From Podarcis pityusensis (taxonomy: Eukaryota), in NCBI GenBank assembly GCA_964106645.2, contig OZ067043.1: a DNA stretch of 64,000 bases; one strand, given 5' to 3'. The position numbers and the translations under genes were made by a program. Shown piece after piece: positions 1 through 20,629 of the stretch (position 1 is its first letter; each line of letters begins with the position of its first letter). Under the pieces are notes generated by a model. It did no database searches. It was given only the letters and a program-made list of their open reading frames with translations, and was not told where the DNA came from.

Positions 1-3000
1 ATGGCATTTTGATGTCTGAAAGTAGATCAAAAGAAGTGCATTTGGAGGAACTTTCTAAAAGTGCAGTGTTGTTTCCTTTTTTTATGTGGTGAAATTTGAG
101 CAAGGCCTAGAGGGTGTAGCCTTGGAACCAGGGGACCTGTGTCAGAGTCTGGAGCTGCTGTCCCTTGGTTATCTTTAGTATCAAAGCAATTGCACTTTAA
201 TGAACTCCTGACTAGCTACATAAATGTTTATACATTGACAGGATTACTGGGTCTTAATGTTGATATATATCTTTTCCTTCACTACCAAACATTGATTTCA
301 TTGTTCATCATGGTTTCGATGTTAACCATCCTAGCATTGGTAAGAAGTTCTGCATGTTTTTGGGTGAAGGAGACTTGGCTCACCAATAGCCTGGATTCAT
401 TCTTGCTGGTGAGATATTTGCATTTTCTGGTAGTCTCTACATTTGTTCAGATGATAATTTGTTCTTGGTGAGCCCATGCAGGTATGCTGTGTCCTTATTC
501 TAAACAAGGAACAATTCAGAAAGTCCTTCATCATGAGTTGAATGACATATTTGTTCTTGTATTGTGTGGTTGCAATTTATTGGGAACCAAAAAAGCGTTA
601 ACACTGTTGGGGGAAATGTGATGAACCATGCAAAAGGTGCACAGTGGACTCTCCCCCCCCCCCTTCAGTTTGTTTTGTCAACAAGCTTTGGAGCAGTTGT
701 CCTACAACAGTCCTGTCCCAGCTCTCTGGGAGCTGTTGGTGGCTTCAACTGGATTAGCCCAGCTGATTTGGTTAAGACTTCACCAGTCAGGGTTGAGGAA
801 TGACAAACAGCAAACTAAGCTCTGACCTTCTGATTCAAACTCAGTTTCTTTAAGGTCATTTTACCAATTGGACACAGACCTTGCTTAGAAGCAGAGAGTT
901 TCTTACTGGTTCCTGTTGGGACTAAGTCTGCTCACGTATACCACTCTACTCAAACAGTACTCCATTTCCTTTTCTCCTTCATTATATCTTATTTGCAGCT
1001 AGGGTTCTTCTGCCCCTCCCCTCCTCTTTTTGCTACTTTTCCTGTGGTAAGTGTGACTCTTAGTTCCCCTTTCAGATCAGCATGGATGGGAAGAACAGAA
1101 CTTCTCCTTTTCTAGCCATGATTACTACAGCTGTACCAGGGAGGACGTTAACATTTTCCTTTCTTTTCAGTAGGATGTGAGCATAGATGCCTCATGGTGG
1201 GTCTCTGAGTATCGCCCTGTCTTGGCTTCTGTGGACCCTGAACCAAGCATGATTCTGTTATTACTCTGGGACATTCATGCACCTGAGCTAGGGTTTGTCA
1301 GACTGGTGGCTGGGGACTGTGGCCAGGAAGGAATGTGCTCCAAGTCATGAGACATCTGTCCCAAAATGTGAGAAGCTATTTGACCTATAGATGGGCTACA
1401 TAGGTAGAAATACCTTACCCCATCCCAATATATATCTGGAAGGGACAATGAAGAACTCTTTCCTATAACAGTACTTCAGTGTTCTGCCTCATGACTAAAC
1501 TTATTGGAGAGGAAGCAGAGCGGAGCACCACTTGAATGAATAAATGATGTATGTAACCGTACTCGGGGGGGGGGTAGCCTGTCATTTGACCTTGCTACTA
1601 TAGGGAAGAAGCAGTGTGATGAATGGAGGTTTATTCACTGTGCTGTCTCTTCTTTTTTATGGTAGCTTTGGGTAACTGTTGTTGCAAAACAGTGACTTAA
1701 CTTCTCAGATGTGATTGAATGATTAATAACTTTGAAGAGTCTTAAAGGTTTTGGATCTTAACCTTTAGGATCACAATCTTTAATGTGAAGGATTTACTGA
1801 AATATTATTCTCTCCAGGTTTTATGCTCGAAACACTGTTACATTTTTATTTTTTCATCATTGTTTAACGATTAATAAGATCAGTTGTACTGGCCAATTCT
1901 CAAAGCATCAGCAGAATCATGGCTTCAGTGGTCAGTTTGCTGTTGTGCCAACTCTACTTTGTGTAATAAACTACACTTAACTTGGTTTTCCATAGTGTCT
2001 GCTAACAATTTTGGGACTTTGTATGGGTTGCTTGGGGGGCGGGGAGTTAATTTCCCCCAAGAATTCTTGTAGCTTTAAAACTTTTTACATTCACTGCATA
2101 CAAGGGTGTCACTCATGTCTTTTGGCAGGATGATGAACCATTTGGTCTTGGACTTAGAGGTAGGATAGGTTTGTGTTGCTTTTTATACTATCTGGCCCAA
2201 ATTTTAAGAGGGCTCCTGTACCTCTAGGAGTTTTACAGAAAGTAGTGTATTTTCATCAATTGCTGCAGCACTGCGTTGGGTAAAACAACTCTGAAAAAAT
2301 GCTACCTGTATTCTGAAATAATGCATTCCAAAATAGTATTGGGCCTGAAAGTGGTAGTTTGCTTCCTTTCTTTGCATTTGCATATTCCATCCTTGCTATG
2401 TGTTATATACTTGTAATATAAATCAAGGAGGAGAAAAGTGAATGACTACTACCGCAAGGGTAGAAAACATTAATTGTGACACTTCAAGCAAGAGACAAAA
2501 ATCTGGAGCTGGTCCTATTGGAAGTAACATATCAAGATCAGCATTGTGGATCTGAAAAGTAAAGACCAGAATTCTGGGTGGGAATCTTTAGCCCACTTCC
2601 TGTTAGGCCTCACAGGGTGCCATGGAATTTTCTCCCCTTCTGAAAGTATAGAAAGAGACTCTCCAGTCTACTGAGTGTATTCTCTACTGCTTATAGTACA
2701 AGTTGATTTGGAATATAGAGAGGGATTGTCCTAGCCAGTATCCACTGAGAAAGCAGTGAACAAATCCACATAAGGACAGGAAGCTTCTTTTGCCAGCTCG
2801 CTTCACACTTTTCTTGTGAAGAAAAGTAGAGGTGTCCTTAGGGTTCATTTTTGGCCCTTGGGTTCTCCTGCAATATGTAAAGAAGATCCTTCAAGCAGTG
2901 TGAGTAAACTACCGTTCAGCTGTGCTTTGTCTTATTATGCCTTTCCATTCCTGTATTCCTCCATTGTTGGGATGCCTTCAGATACCTGATTGCTGACTTC

Positions 3001-3171
3001 AAAGTTCACATTGTGTACTGTTTCTGAATGATGCTGTTGTAGTATGTGAGGGTAGCTAGAATTACTGATATGTTTTCCTACCATGTTGTAAAGACTTGGG
3101 ATGGATTGCAAGAACCCCTCTTTTTTAGTAGGGTTCTTGCACTCAGTGGGATATGCCAAGGTTGCCCACCA

Positions 3172-3435
3172 CCCCAGGATGGTGTAGTGGTTAAGAACGG
3201 TAGTCTCGTAATCTGGGGAACTGGGTTCGCGTCTCCGCTCCTCCACATGCAGCTGCTGGGTGACCTTGGGCCAGTCACACTTCTTTGAAGTCTCTTAGCC
3301 CCACTCACCTCACAGAGTGTTTGTTGTGGGAGAGGAAGGGAAAGGAGAATGTTAGCCGCTTTGAGACTCCTTAAAGGGAGTGAAAGGCGGGATATCAAAT
3401 CCAAACTCTTCTTCTTCTTCTTCTTCTTCTTCTTC
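3172..3435 (+). mobile_element. tRNA-derived squamate SINE (Squam3-like) with (CTT)n tail
   Basis: Pol III A box TGGTGTAGTGG (3180-3190), B box GGTTCGCGTCT, body ending GGCGGGATATCAAAT, then (CTT)9 at 3408-3434. Confidence 0.8.
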
Positions 3436-3559
3436 ATGCTGCTTAGCATGAAGCCATTGGTAAGGAGAATTTTGAGCTAATATTTGCCAGATTTAAAATT
3501 TACTTGTAAATCGGTATGCATTAAAATATAGCTTTGGTATAATATAATAAAAATATAAC

Positions 3560-4150
3560 TATATTTTATGCAATAAATTATTATAACCAGAGAAAAAGCT
3601 TTAATTTATGCTCGTTGATCTAATTTTCTACATTAGAAAGGGGGACCATAAGTTCTCAAATTGTCCCATTTATTTGTCTACTTTTGCTTAATTGTACTAT
3701 TTCTCTTTAATTTCGTTACTGTAGCAAGATACCAAACCCTATCAAACCATTCTCATTCTGTTGAAATGATTGGAAAATACCATATCACTTCCAAAATATA
3801 TATTTTGGCAGCAGCTAATAAAACCCAAATAAATTTCCATGTTCTGATCTCACATCTTCATTAGGATATTCCAGAAAAATTATTAGCAGATTTATAAGTA
3901 TGTGATATGCAATTATAATTATATAAATGCATCTAGTGGTCTTTCCTACCAAATTCCTAATTTTGTCTCATGTCCATCAGACATTAATATAACCCTCAAC
4001 TGTTTCCCCACATTTCCAATATATTCCACTAATGTCTTTGGTTATATGTTTGGTGAATATTTGAATATAATTTGATGTGGTATCTTTTATAAAAAAAAAT
4101 ATATTAAATTGAATATAATCTGGAGCTTTGGGCAGTGATGTTATTAACAT
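3560..4150 (-). mobile_element. Decayed L1-clade LINE 3' fragment (approximate ends)
   Basis: Minus-strand remnants WKCGKQ and KFIWVLLAAAKI resemble the L1 ORF2 C-terminal region; AT-rich with many stops. Confidence 0.5.
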
Positions 4151-6619
4151 AACACCAAGCTGTATATGTTGTTAACTAAATGAACGGGTACTACTATTTT
4201 GGTTTTAGTTAACATTGACACATTTTGGTGGAGTGGATGGTTAAACAAACTAGATTTGAATTTAGGCAAGTTGAAGATAGTTCTGGTAGATAGTTCTGGA
4301 CTGGTAGCAGCCCTGCCTCTATTAGACAGAAGTGACAGTCACCGCATCAAACTAGTTAGGTGTCTAGAAGTACCGTACCCTTAAACCCTGTCTTATTTTT
4401 TGACAGGCAGGTTTGGGGGTTTCCAGGAGCACCTTTAATCAACTACATCTATTGTGTAGCTGTGTAGCTTTCTGGAGAGGAAGACTCTAGCTATGCTTTT
4501 TGATATTTTGTAACCAGTACTGTAGTATGGATCTTCCAGAAATTTTTGAATTAGATACCTTTCTGGGAAACTTTCTTATGCTATTAGGCTAATTTACACT
4601 GTAGATAATTCAGTTTGTGTTGGAAACTTTTATTACACTCCCAATTTAGCATGTTCATTTTTCTAATATTTTGTAAACAAAGCAAAAAAACTTGGGCATT
4701 GGCAAGCTTGCCTGTGTTTGCAGTTGGCATCCAACTCACAAAATGGGGGGGGGGGGGGGAATTCCACAGCAAAATAAATCACTGGTAAATTTTCCATTCC
4801 ACATCTTGGTTTGTAACTGCCGGGTTTGACTACTTTTTGTAAGGAAGACTGCAAAGTGCAGTTAATACAAAATGGCATCAGATTATATCTTATGCTAACT
4901 CTCTCAGTGTTGGTGGCATGGCTTGGCAAGGAAGGATGCTATGCCACACTCCCCTCTTCTCCAACCTTCACCTGGGTTGCTCCAAAAGAACACTTTGCCT
5001 TCATGGGGCCCCCTTCCCCCCTTGTGCATAGACTATTAACCTGCACAGCATACAAATCTGAATAGATTCTGCTCCTAGTTCTTACCTAAATGTCAGGAAG
5101 AGTGTAGCTCTCCCTGGGTGTATATGCTCATTATCTCTCTCTCTCCAGTGTTGCTTTCAAAGCCTGCGTGTGCAGGGAAAGGCAGCAGGCTGTTGGCTCC
5201 TGGTGCCAATTTTTTCTGAGATCAGAGTCTGCTGCTGCTGAGTGAAGGGTCCGGAATTGGCAGTACCTGGGGCTTAAAGCTGTCGCTTGGAGCAGGCTGC
5301 ACACCTATGAGCAGATAGGCTTCTGCTCACTGGGATGTGAATATGACCCTGATGAGCTCTGAGCCATTGAATAGTCTTCAGTTTCCTGACCCACTTTCTT
5401 CTGCTTCCCCATACATGGTTAATTCTACCAGACTTGTTTTTGGTGTGGTGTATTATATCTACAATGTCTACTGATAGGGACTTCACACCCTCTGTTGAAC
5501 TGCCTTGTTGTCTAACACTTTCTAATGTCAACGCTATTTTTTAAAAATAGATCAAAGGGTCACCCTACTTGCATTCTCTCTTAAGTTATTCTCCATGGGA
5601 GCCAATCTATCCTTTCTTCCCCAGTTCTGTGGCTCATTTGTTCTCTATCCTGCCCCATGATGCTCTGTTTCTGCAGCCTTGCTCTTTCTTTCTCACCTCC
5701 TTCCCACCTCTGTGTCTGTCTGTGTCTTTTTTCACATTGTCAGGCTCACAGGAGGATAGTTCTGCCTGGACCTTGCAAGTGGAACATTTGCATCCTGTGA
5801 CTGTCCCATCATATTCTATTCATATATCCCGAAATACAGTTCCCATCATCATGTCATTGACTCATCTTCTTCCACTCTGCTTCCCAGTCTGAGGTTGTGG
5901 GGTGATTTTCCCTTCCTGTCTGCAGTATGTGATACTGCTAACTTTTTCACAGCTGGTTTTCTTCCCCATGCATGTTCTTCATCCAGCCCTTTAAAAGGAG
6001 AAAATGGTTTTTGGATGAAAAAAGGCCCCTAGAGCCAAGATTGCTGTGGATGTGAAGGTACAGCATTCTTGCTTATCTAAGAATGAAAGCTGCTGGGGAT
6101 CCTTTTGGTATTGTTAATAATAATAATAACATTTATCAGTCACTTTATGCAATAAAAAGTCTCAAAGCAACTTGACAAATTAAATTACAACACCATTTAA
6201 AGCCAGAAAAGTTTAAAACACCGAGAATATATAGTACATAAAAGGCACATTCATCAACAAATTAAAAAGGACCAAGTCCTACCCACCCCACTAAAAGATG
6301 GGCACCACCGTAGGAGGCAACATTAATTAACCAAAGGTCTTGGCTTGCTGCACCTAAAAATTGAGAAAGATGGTGACAGGCGCATCTCCCTGAAAAGAGC
6401 ATTCCACAGGTGAGGCGGTTGGGAACATCACAGAAAAGAATGACTGATTATAAAAAGACTTCATGAATAACTTTGCTTATTTGGGTTGGTCACAAGTAGT
6501 GTCACAGATGGATGTGCTTCAGACTGCAGCTGTTATATAACATTTTTCATAGCAATGCCCATTAGGGCTACCACAAAGGGGTCGTGCCCTTCCAGTTAGC
6601 TGTGTGAACATGGGGATTT

Positions 6620-7570
6620 TATTTTTTATACATAAACATAATATTTCAATGAATATTAAACTAAGAAAGATTTTCATTTATACGTACAGAAAAAATGGGG
6701 CGGGGGCAGAAAAGCGTTTCCATTACTGCACACAGTAAAATCAGCAAATCTATAGACATAGATTCATTAAGCATTATATTAAATCACCCTGCTCCATATT
6801 TATTTTAGGAATTGCAGTACATCATTTCTCCTGAAAGCCGACATTTTGGCTAGATAAGATGATTGCCAGACTGTCAGTGATCCTTCCCTGATGATATAGA
6901 TTGTCCTTCCCATTGTTTGGCATAAATCAACTTTGCAGCAACCAATAAATTTGAAATCAGCTCATGCAATCTTTCGCATATTCTTCTGTTACATAATTCA
7001 AAAGAGGGAGGATCAAATGGCAGCTACATTTCATTTTATCAGTCCCACTAGCATTTCCCAAATTCTCTAGTTCTTATACAGTTCCACTACCTGCAGAGAA
7101 AATGTTTTTTCCCCTGATGCTAAAAAGGTACCCAGTATCTGGTTTACACATTTCTGTGGCATAAGATGCCACTGAATTGCCATGTTATAGCAGTTTCCCC
7201 TTAAATTCAAGCACAACGAAAACATTGACCTTTCTGTAAATAAAAATGTCTGCACTTCCACAGAATTTTTGTAAGTTTCTTTTTCAGTTTGTCATAAAAG
7301 AATTTGGCCATATGCACTAATGGAAGATGAAACAAGGGTGGTTGGGTTTTTTTTTAACCGGAGTACATAGCCATTATCTCTCTGAACATGGCATTTTCTT
7401 TTTGTAGAGTCAAATTATGAATATAGGGATAAAAGGCCATATTCTCTGCCTCCAAGATACCTGTGACTTCTTTATAGGCAATCATAGGAGATCTTTGTTA
7501 CATTTTTCCAGTAAACTGAAACTTTCTAAATATTGATAAAGATCTAAATCACTTGTTACCCAAGCCAATG
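6620..7570 (-). mobile_element. Decayed L1-clade LINE 3' fragment (approximate ends)
   Basis: Minus-strand remnants QWHLMPQKC and NLLVAAKLIYAKQWE resemble the L1 ORF2 C-terminus; T-rich tail on + near 6620. Confidence 0.55.
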
Positions 7571-8322
7571 TGTTGTATCAGGAGCTGTTGTTTAGATTTT
7601 GAGGATAGACATAGACAAAGATACATTAATGATAGGTGGAATGGTTACATCTCTTGAGTTTTTCTATAACTGCCAATTGTGCCATTAGGAAGCTTCCATC
7701 ATAGCTACACAGAACATCCTGCCCATACATTGGTGGCTGTTATCTTGCCTTTGGCTGAGCCTGGCTTCTGCACGGGCCTGGCAGAAGTCGAAAGTGATTG
7801 TTTGAGGTCCAAGGTGTTGTATTCCTATGTGGGTCAGTGCTGCAGCACTCAGAAGATAAAGAGTGAGGTAGCCAGTATGGTACCCCAAATGCTATTTTTG
7901 CACTACTGACTGGAGATGATGAGAACTGGAGTTGCACAGCATCTAGAGGATGCTCACATTGGCTACCCTGGAACAGAGAGGGGCAAGACTTCCTGTTAGT
8001 GCTGAAAGGATTTTAAAAAGTGTGCTGGTAGGAAGCCTGTAGGATAAGAGTCCTTTTCTGTCTCTTATTTCTAGTATGTAGTGACCTTTTGGGTCTTGTT
8101 AAACAGAGCACAACAGAAAGGAATAAGTGATAATTTCCCCATGAAAGAGATGATTTGGAAAGGGGCAATTTGTGGTGTAAGCTGTATGAAGACTATATAA
8201 ACCCTTTCTGCTCTCCCTGTGGGGGGGTTCAACACCAGTGGCAAGGTGTGAGCATCACAGATTGGGCTTTGAGGAGACCAAGCCAAAAAGTGGAATCATT
8301 CTGTGTTTCTCTTGTTTTTCAG

Positions 8323-13958
<5,636 letters not shown>

Positions 13959-14264
13959 GCCCTTTGCCACCAGCCTGTCTGCCAGCTGCAGACTCTGTAC
14001 ATATTTATTTAATGTCTTCTGTTGGCTTGGGATGGAGCTTGGTGTATAAATTTATTCCCGTGATCTTTCCCTGCGAGGCCGTGGAAGAACCTGACCAATT
14101 GATGTGTGTGTGAGAAAGAATCTGTCCTCCTTTCCTTCCATCCTTTCCTGCTCCACTTCCCCTGAAAGAAGGGGCTGGATGGACCTAGGAGAAGGAGCCT
14201 AGAGTCTTCCAGCCCTTGCACTCTTTGTGGCAACCACTGCCAACAGCAATGCCATGTTCTGTGA

Positions 14265-14270
14265 AATAAA
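14265..14270 (+). terminator. Poly(A) signal of ATP6V0B
   Basis: AATAAA about 300 nt after the stop codon, followed by pyrimidine/GU-rich sequence. Confidence 0.7.
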
Positions 14271-17200
14271 CTCATCCGTGTCCCAAGTAGTTTCCCTTCC
14301 TTGTGCGCCCCGTGCTGCTGTGCCCCTCCTGCTACCCCGGCTCCTGCTGCCTCTCACAGTCCACATTTTCTGGAACAGCCAGTGGTACTGGCTGAAGATT
14401 TGGCTCTGCAGGCTATGGGAGGTGCCCTCCTAGGCACATCTGTTCCATACTGAAGGGGTGCATAGGAGCTAAAAGTTGTGATTTTTTGAGTTCCCTGAAA
14501 CTTCACAAATGATTGGTTAATTAAAATTAATTATGGGAAATGTCTTGTACTGTGATTAATAGCTGCTGTTTCTCTGTGGTTTGCCTGCTGTTCATCAAAC
14601 TGCTCAATGCAGGGGTGGGCAAACTTCAGGCTTATCTGATTGTCTTTGTTTCTTTAACTGGAATCCAAAATCTACTAACCAGGGGCAAAATATAGATTTT
14701 TTTTTTTTAGAAGGGGTTCTTCTGAGCCCAAGTCTTCTCCTGCGTAACTTTCATCATTTCAGCAGCCAAATTTAGATGGGAAAGGTCATTTTGTTATTTC
14801 CTTTAGACAACTGATAGTTGAAAAGCCCTGCTGATTGATTGCAAATCACTCAGAGGTTTGATAGAGCCTGTGAGGTAGGTGCAAAGGCTGTAACTGGCCC
14901 AAGGTCACCCAGTGAGCTTCATGACTTGAGTGGGGATTTGAACCCTGAAGTTTTAAAGTGTTGTAAACTTTAAGGGTTTTTTTCCTTTATAATGTGGTAT
15001 AGAAATGAAATTAATCATCATCAACATCATCATCCCTGAGAAAGAAAATGAGACCTGGACATTCCATTGTGGCAGCCACAACCTAGGTTTAAATTACCAT
15101 TTAGTGATTAGCTTATATATCTGAGTTTCTACACTGGACCCCCATGGATTGGAGGTTCCCTCTCCCAGGGTAAAGAGTATTCCTGCTACCTCTTCCCAGG
15201 GGTGGGTAGTTTTGCAGTCCTAGGACCATGAAGCGTATTAATTTACAAAACTGTATTTGTATCCTATCTTGGGAGTTGCCAAAGGCAGCTTTCAGTTAAA
15301 GCAAAACTTAGCTGAAAATTAGAAGCCAGAGAGTCACATTGCAGAAGGGGAAACACTTCTTATGGTAGGATGAATCTAAGGATCTTATAGCTTAAGCCCT
15401 GAGCAGGATTTGCCATCTGTAATCCAATCCCATGCCAGCCTTACCTGGTAACTGTAAGGGTGGGAGGAAAGAGCTGGATTCCAGGCAGCAAAATTTGTTA
15501 TTTTCCCTGCAAAGTTTAGATAGTCAAATGGGGGGGGGGGGTATTGTGATATATTCTTATTTTAAGGAATATATAAAAAAAGAAAACTGATTCTGTTTGT
15601 TTGTTATTTCATTATTTACAGCAAGTCTTCACTGTTCTGATTGGCTCAGTGCTTTTGGAGAGCAACAGAGCTGTGCTTATTTTTCTACAGGAACTTAAAA
15701 AATTATGTGGCAGGGTGTTTAGTGTCACCTTTTGGGTTCCTTGCTGGGACAGAGCCCCACCCCGGGAGATTTCCTGAAACACTTTTGACAACTGTATATT
15801 TAGCCTCTTTTCCACGTTTCCCACTACTCTGAGTAAAAACACTTGAATTTACATGTGTGAGCCATTCTGCTGTTTGTTCTGAAGGCAAAGATGTTCCTTT
15901 GGGACACTCAGTGACATAACTGGTGTTCATCTAAATAAAGCTTTTAATAACATTGCTAGTGGGGCAAGATCTGACCCATATAAGCTAGAGCAGGGCTACC
16001 AGATGGGGTTGCATGTTCCCTTGCTCTCCATAATTTGATTGTCAAACTGTAGCTTTATCAGCATGTGGTTATAAAAGTCATCAAAGGATAGAGAACATCA
16101 TCTTTATGTTGATGATACCCCGATGCTCTCTCATAGGCTGACTGAAATGGATTCATTTAGTGTTTAAAAAATGATGTAGGTCAGGTGGTGGAAGAAGCCC
16201 TCCAGTAAATGGCTCTGTCAAGGACGTTTCCTTCAGTTCAGATCTGTACATGTTTTGATAGCTAGATGTGATGGCTTGTGTAAATTTAGAGGACATAGAG
16301 CCTCAAATTTCAGTTCAGCTTCATAACTGACAAGCCTAACATCTTGCTGTGGGGCAAAACGGATTTCAAAAGACAAACATTGTTTTGTCTAGTGCCACCT
16401 ACATTCTTTCCTGGTGATGTATTTACAAAATCTTTCCTATTTAAAACATATAGGACTATAACAATATGTCCAGAATAGCCTTAACACAAACTGGAGTTGC
16501 TATAGGTGGGGATGAGGGATTTATTTTCCTAACCTTTAAGCTGCGCTACAAGACTTACCTGCTTTTGAATGCAGCCCGGTGGTCCCTACACAACATTTCT
16601 TAAGCACTGAGATATGTATAACAAGTCTCTTCAAGGTCTGCATCTCAGTTACTTGTGATGGCTTCGTTTGCCTGCAGTTCATACTCTTAATGTTCTTCTC
16701 ATTGTGATTGCAGCTCAGGGGGGGGCTTTTCTTTACATAGATAATAACTCAAAATTTGACCTGTACACGTAACCTCAGGTCCTTGATTTTGCATACCCCA
16801 CTTCTGTGTATTTAAATACAGTCATTGGGTGAGCAGTCAGTATCACAAGATGAATCTTGATCCAAACAAAACACCTACATTCTGATTGTCATATGTGAAA
16901 TCATAGTAACTGTCACTGTTCCAAGAAATGGGCTAGTTTGGCTTTATTCTCATTGGAAATATGCTGGAGAAGTTGTGAGGGTTCCTTCAGATCAGGACAG
17001 GTTGCTGTTCTGTGGCATGAGTAGGGCCTGCTACACTGTAGCTCCACATTTTCCCCCTCAAAACATGTTGTGGTTACTGCCTAGAGGTGGCTTATCTTGC
17101 AGAGGCATAACCCTGGCAAGCCCATTGCTTTTTAGGAACCTTACACTGGCCTTGCGTGTTTCTGTGCTGCAGATAATTCTCTCTATTTAACAAATGTGTG

Positions 17201-20200
17201 TCCTGCCCTGTCTGCTGTGTGCCAGGCAACAGCTTTTTTATGGTAATAAAAGCAGCTTAAAAAAAGAACAGATTCCGACTAGTGAGCAATGGAAGTGGCA
17301 GCACAATCAAATGCTTGAAAATAAAAACAGCAGCAAACTACAAAACACTTCAACTGGTATTTAAAAGGCTAGGAAAATAAAAGTCTAGGAAATTAAAAGG
17401 CTATGTGCGTCACATCAAAAAGGCATTGTAGTTGGCACTAGGTGTGCTTTCTTGGGAAAGCATTCCAGTGATGTGCTAAAATGGTGAAGGCCCTTTCTGT
17501 AGTCCCCACCTGCCACCTGCTGTGTTTTTTCCTACACTGAAATGGTGTTGCCTCCTAGCACTATGTTATGAGCTGTTGTCCTCAGGAATCTTGCCACACC
17601 ATTTTTCTGAGGGTGTTTCTTTCCTTAGTGCCATGAGGTCCTGTGTCTCATGTGGATGACCTCTGAGGCGGTGCAGACTGGGCCTGAGCCTACACAAGGA
17701 GTGAAAGTGAAGTCCTCCATTTTTCCTCTCTAGGAGGCTTAAGTACAATCACAGTGCTTTTGCTGGCTTAGTGTTGGCTCCCTGGGTGATTCTGCCACAT
17801 CCCTGCAAATCTGCTGTAAGATGCAGAAAATCCACTCACTTTGGATGTTTGTAGAGTGCCCGGCATAAGGAGCCAAGCTGGCTCATCAGACTAATGAGCT
17901 GGCAGGGATCCTTGTAGCATCGTGGGTGGGTGTTGTGGGGAGAGTCTTCCAGGATATTTGTATCCTGCCTCCCACTTAATGAGCATGCAACTTGCTGGGT
18001 GTGGTAGGAAGGTAAAGATTACCAGATCGAGGCACTAGGCTGGCATGCAAAGCTGTAAAGAAGAGCTGGGGAGCTTGACAGCTCTCACACAGAGAATAAT
18101 AAACACATGAGCCCCGCAATATTGCACTGGGACTGAAGGAGCTCAGATGTGCTTGGGCAAGAATGTTGGCATGGCTTGCAGAGTGCCTGGAAGCACTGAA
18201 CTCATTAGGTTACGTTACATGATAGTTGGAGGGGAAGGCTGGGTGGGGCTGGGTGGCTGAGAGGGAAGAAAAACAAAAGAAGCTCTTTGTTCAGAACTTA
18301 CAGGGTTCTCCAAATTCTAGACAATACTTCCTGAAGATTCTTGAGGGTATTAGGGTGTGGAGATTTTGGAGGCTAGTGTTAATGGCACTGTCTTGGCAAC
18401 AGCAGCATAGTCCTATTGGCAGAGGTTATAGTTCCCTGGAGGAAAACGTGTTTTGCATGCCCCCAGGTTCAATAATTAGCATTTCCAACTGAAAAGATAC
18501 CAAGTGGAGAAAAAGAAGAACCTTGGACTGCCACTGCTAAGATAGACAGTGCTGTCTATTGTGAGTTCTTCCCAAGGCCTACCTGTATAGTTGCAAGAAC
18601 AGCCATTCTGAAGTGTAACATACAAACAAGTGGCATTTATTTGCTTGTCTCAGCTCAAAAATGTTCAGAGAGGGGGATGTTCCATCAGCCCTGCCATAGT
18701 TTACCCAAGTTAAAGTTCAATCCTATTTATTAAAGAAAAGGATACAGAGATGAAATAAAAAGAAAGATGCATTTGTATTAAATATAAGTAACTATGACAA
18801 GTTAATCATTCAAATTTCCTGGGCCTCTCACCACTGTTAACATGTAGCATGTCTGCCAAACCATATTCTCATTTAATGAGCTCCTTCTCTCCTAGAATGT
18901 CCTTTATGAAGAAGGCTCGGTTCATTTCACAGTTACCTGGAAATGTATCCCAAAAGCATTCTATAGTACAGCTGGAAAGAGAAACTTTGGGAGGAAGGAG
19001 TCACAAATTGAACTGAACTGGTGGGGTGGGGGGCGGCGGCAGACAGACAGACCAAGACAGAGAACATTTGAATGGTCCATTCCAGGTAGGAAGGTGACAG
19101 TGCACTAGCAGACACAGCTTGGATAACAGTCTCCTAAACATATGGACATTTTGGGAAACCCTAAGCAAGTTAATACCTTGCTATAGCCGATGAGTTACAT
19201 TTTATGTATGCTTTATTTTTATTTATTTTGCATATTTTGATTACTGATGTAGTGCTGGAAATGAAGAGCCCAAATCTCTGGTGTTAGGCACATCTATACC
19301 CTACCAAATTCCATGGGTCTGATTATGCACCCCCTTATCCAAGTGATAGCCCCAAGTTCTTATTAATACAGAGCTTGCTTCAGGAAAAGGCAACTGCCAC
19401 TTGCTGGGTTCTGTTCTACTCCAGCATGCCTAGAAGTGTGATTTCTGTGTGCCGCTTCTGTGGGCAGCATTGGCATCACCCTATCATACCTTCGGCAGCA
19501 TGAATTTCCCTTGCATCTCCACTTCATTTCCAAGTTGCCTAACCAAGCACCAACATGGTGACAGCCACATTTTACATTTCTGGCTATATAACCCTGCTGA
19601 GAGGCGGGTCCTGTGAAGCCACATTTAGTGGAAACATTCAGTTAACACTGTCCTGGGGCCTCAGCAGATGTGCTTATAAACTTGCCACCTGACCATTTAT
19701 ATGCCAAATTCAGAGAAGAGTGGAGAGGCATCAGGAAATGGAAGGACCTTCCCCTTTGCTTTTGCAGTACCCTAGACTTGAAAGGAATCTTAAAAGCGAG
19801 GGTTTTTTTTTTAATTCTAGAGAGCTGCAGATTGGAAGGAGGCCCAAACTTCCTTGTTTGTTGCATTTCACCAGTTGGGCTCAGGCTCCCTGATGGTTTT
19901 GGTTACCCTAAGTAACACCATATTCTAGCTTAAAACATGGCGGGCAGGACTAGTAAGTGGCCTATGATGAACCACAGTGCCACAGAAAATGGGTCAGGGT
20001 GGCGAGCTCTGTGGAAGGGACAGATGGGCCACCACCCTATCTTGCATGTCAAAAACTCACAACCACAGAAAACATTAATTTTGGAATACCAACTAAATGC
20101 TCCTTCTTTTTTTGATGTGGCAACCCAACTCCTCCTGTTTGGTGTACCTTTGTAAGAGTGGGGCCTAGATTTCTGCGTGCCTGGACCTTGCGTACCTGGG

Positions 20201-20629
20201 AGCCCTGCTGCTAAGTTCAAAAGTGAGAAAAAGGAGTGGGCTATTTAGAAGGGAGGGAGATGCATTCTGTATGCAGTCAAACCCGTTCCCTTGTTGCATC
20301 TTCACATGCTCCAGAGCCCACGACTGAAAACGTGTGTGTCCCATGGAGCTGAGCCCACAACGTTTAATATATGCGATTCTATTTATTTTATTTGCAATAT
20401 GGTGTGTACAGTTGACATTATGGGAAAATATCATGGCGACGAACAGCATAAAATCAACAATAACATGAGATTCACAAAACAAGTACGAAATACATCACAG
20501 ATCGGCAGAGGAGGTCAATACATCGCCGGTTCACCCCTCAGGTGAGCATCATCAGCACTGGGTGATGAGATTCATGCCTTGGCTGGAGTGCGTGTGTGAT
20601 GAATGGGTACTCCCCACCCCACCCCCTAG

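Noticed and set aside
600-2160. Box C-like RTGATGA motifs near 618, 1616 and 2129 as possible intronic snoRNAs
   Set aside because: No convincing terminal stem, D-box spacing or rRNA guide could be seen by eye; snoscan or Infernal would be needed.
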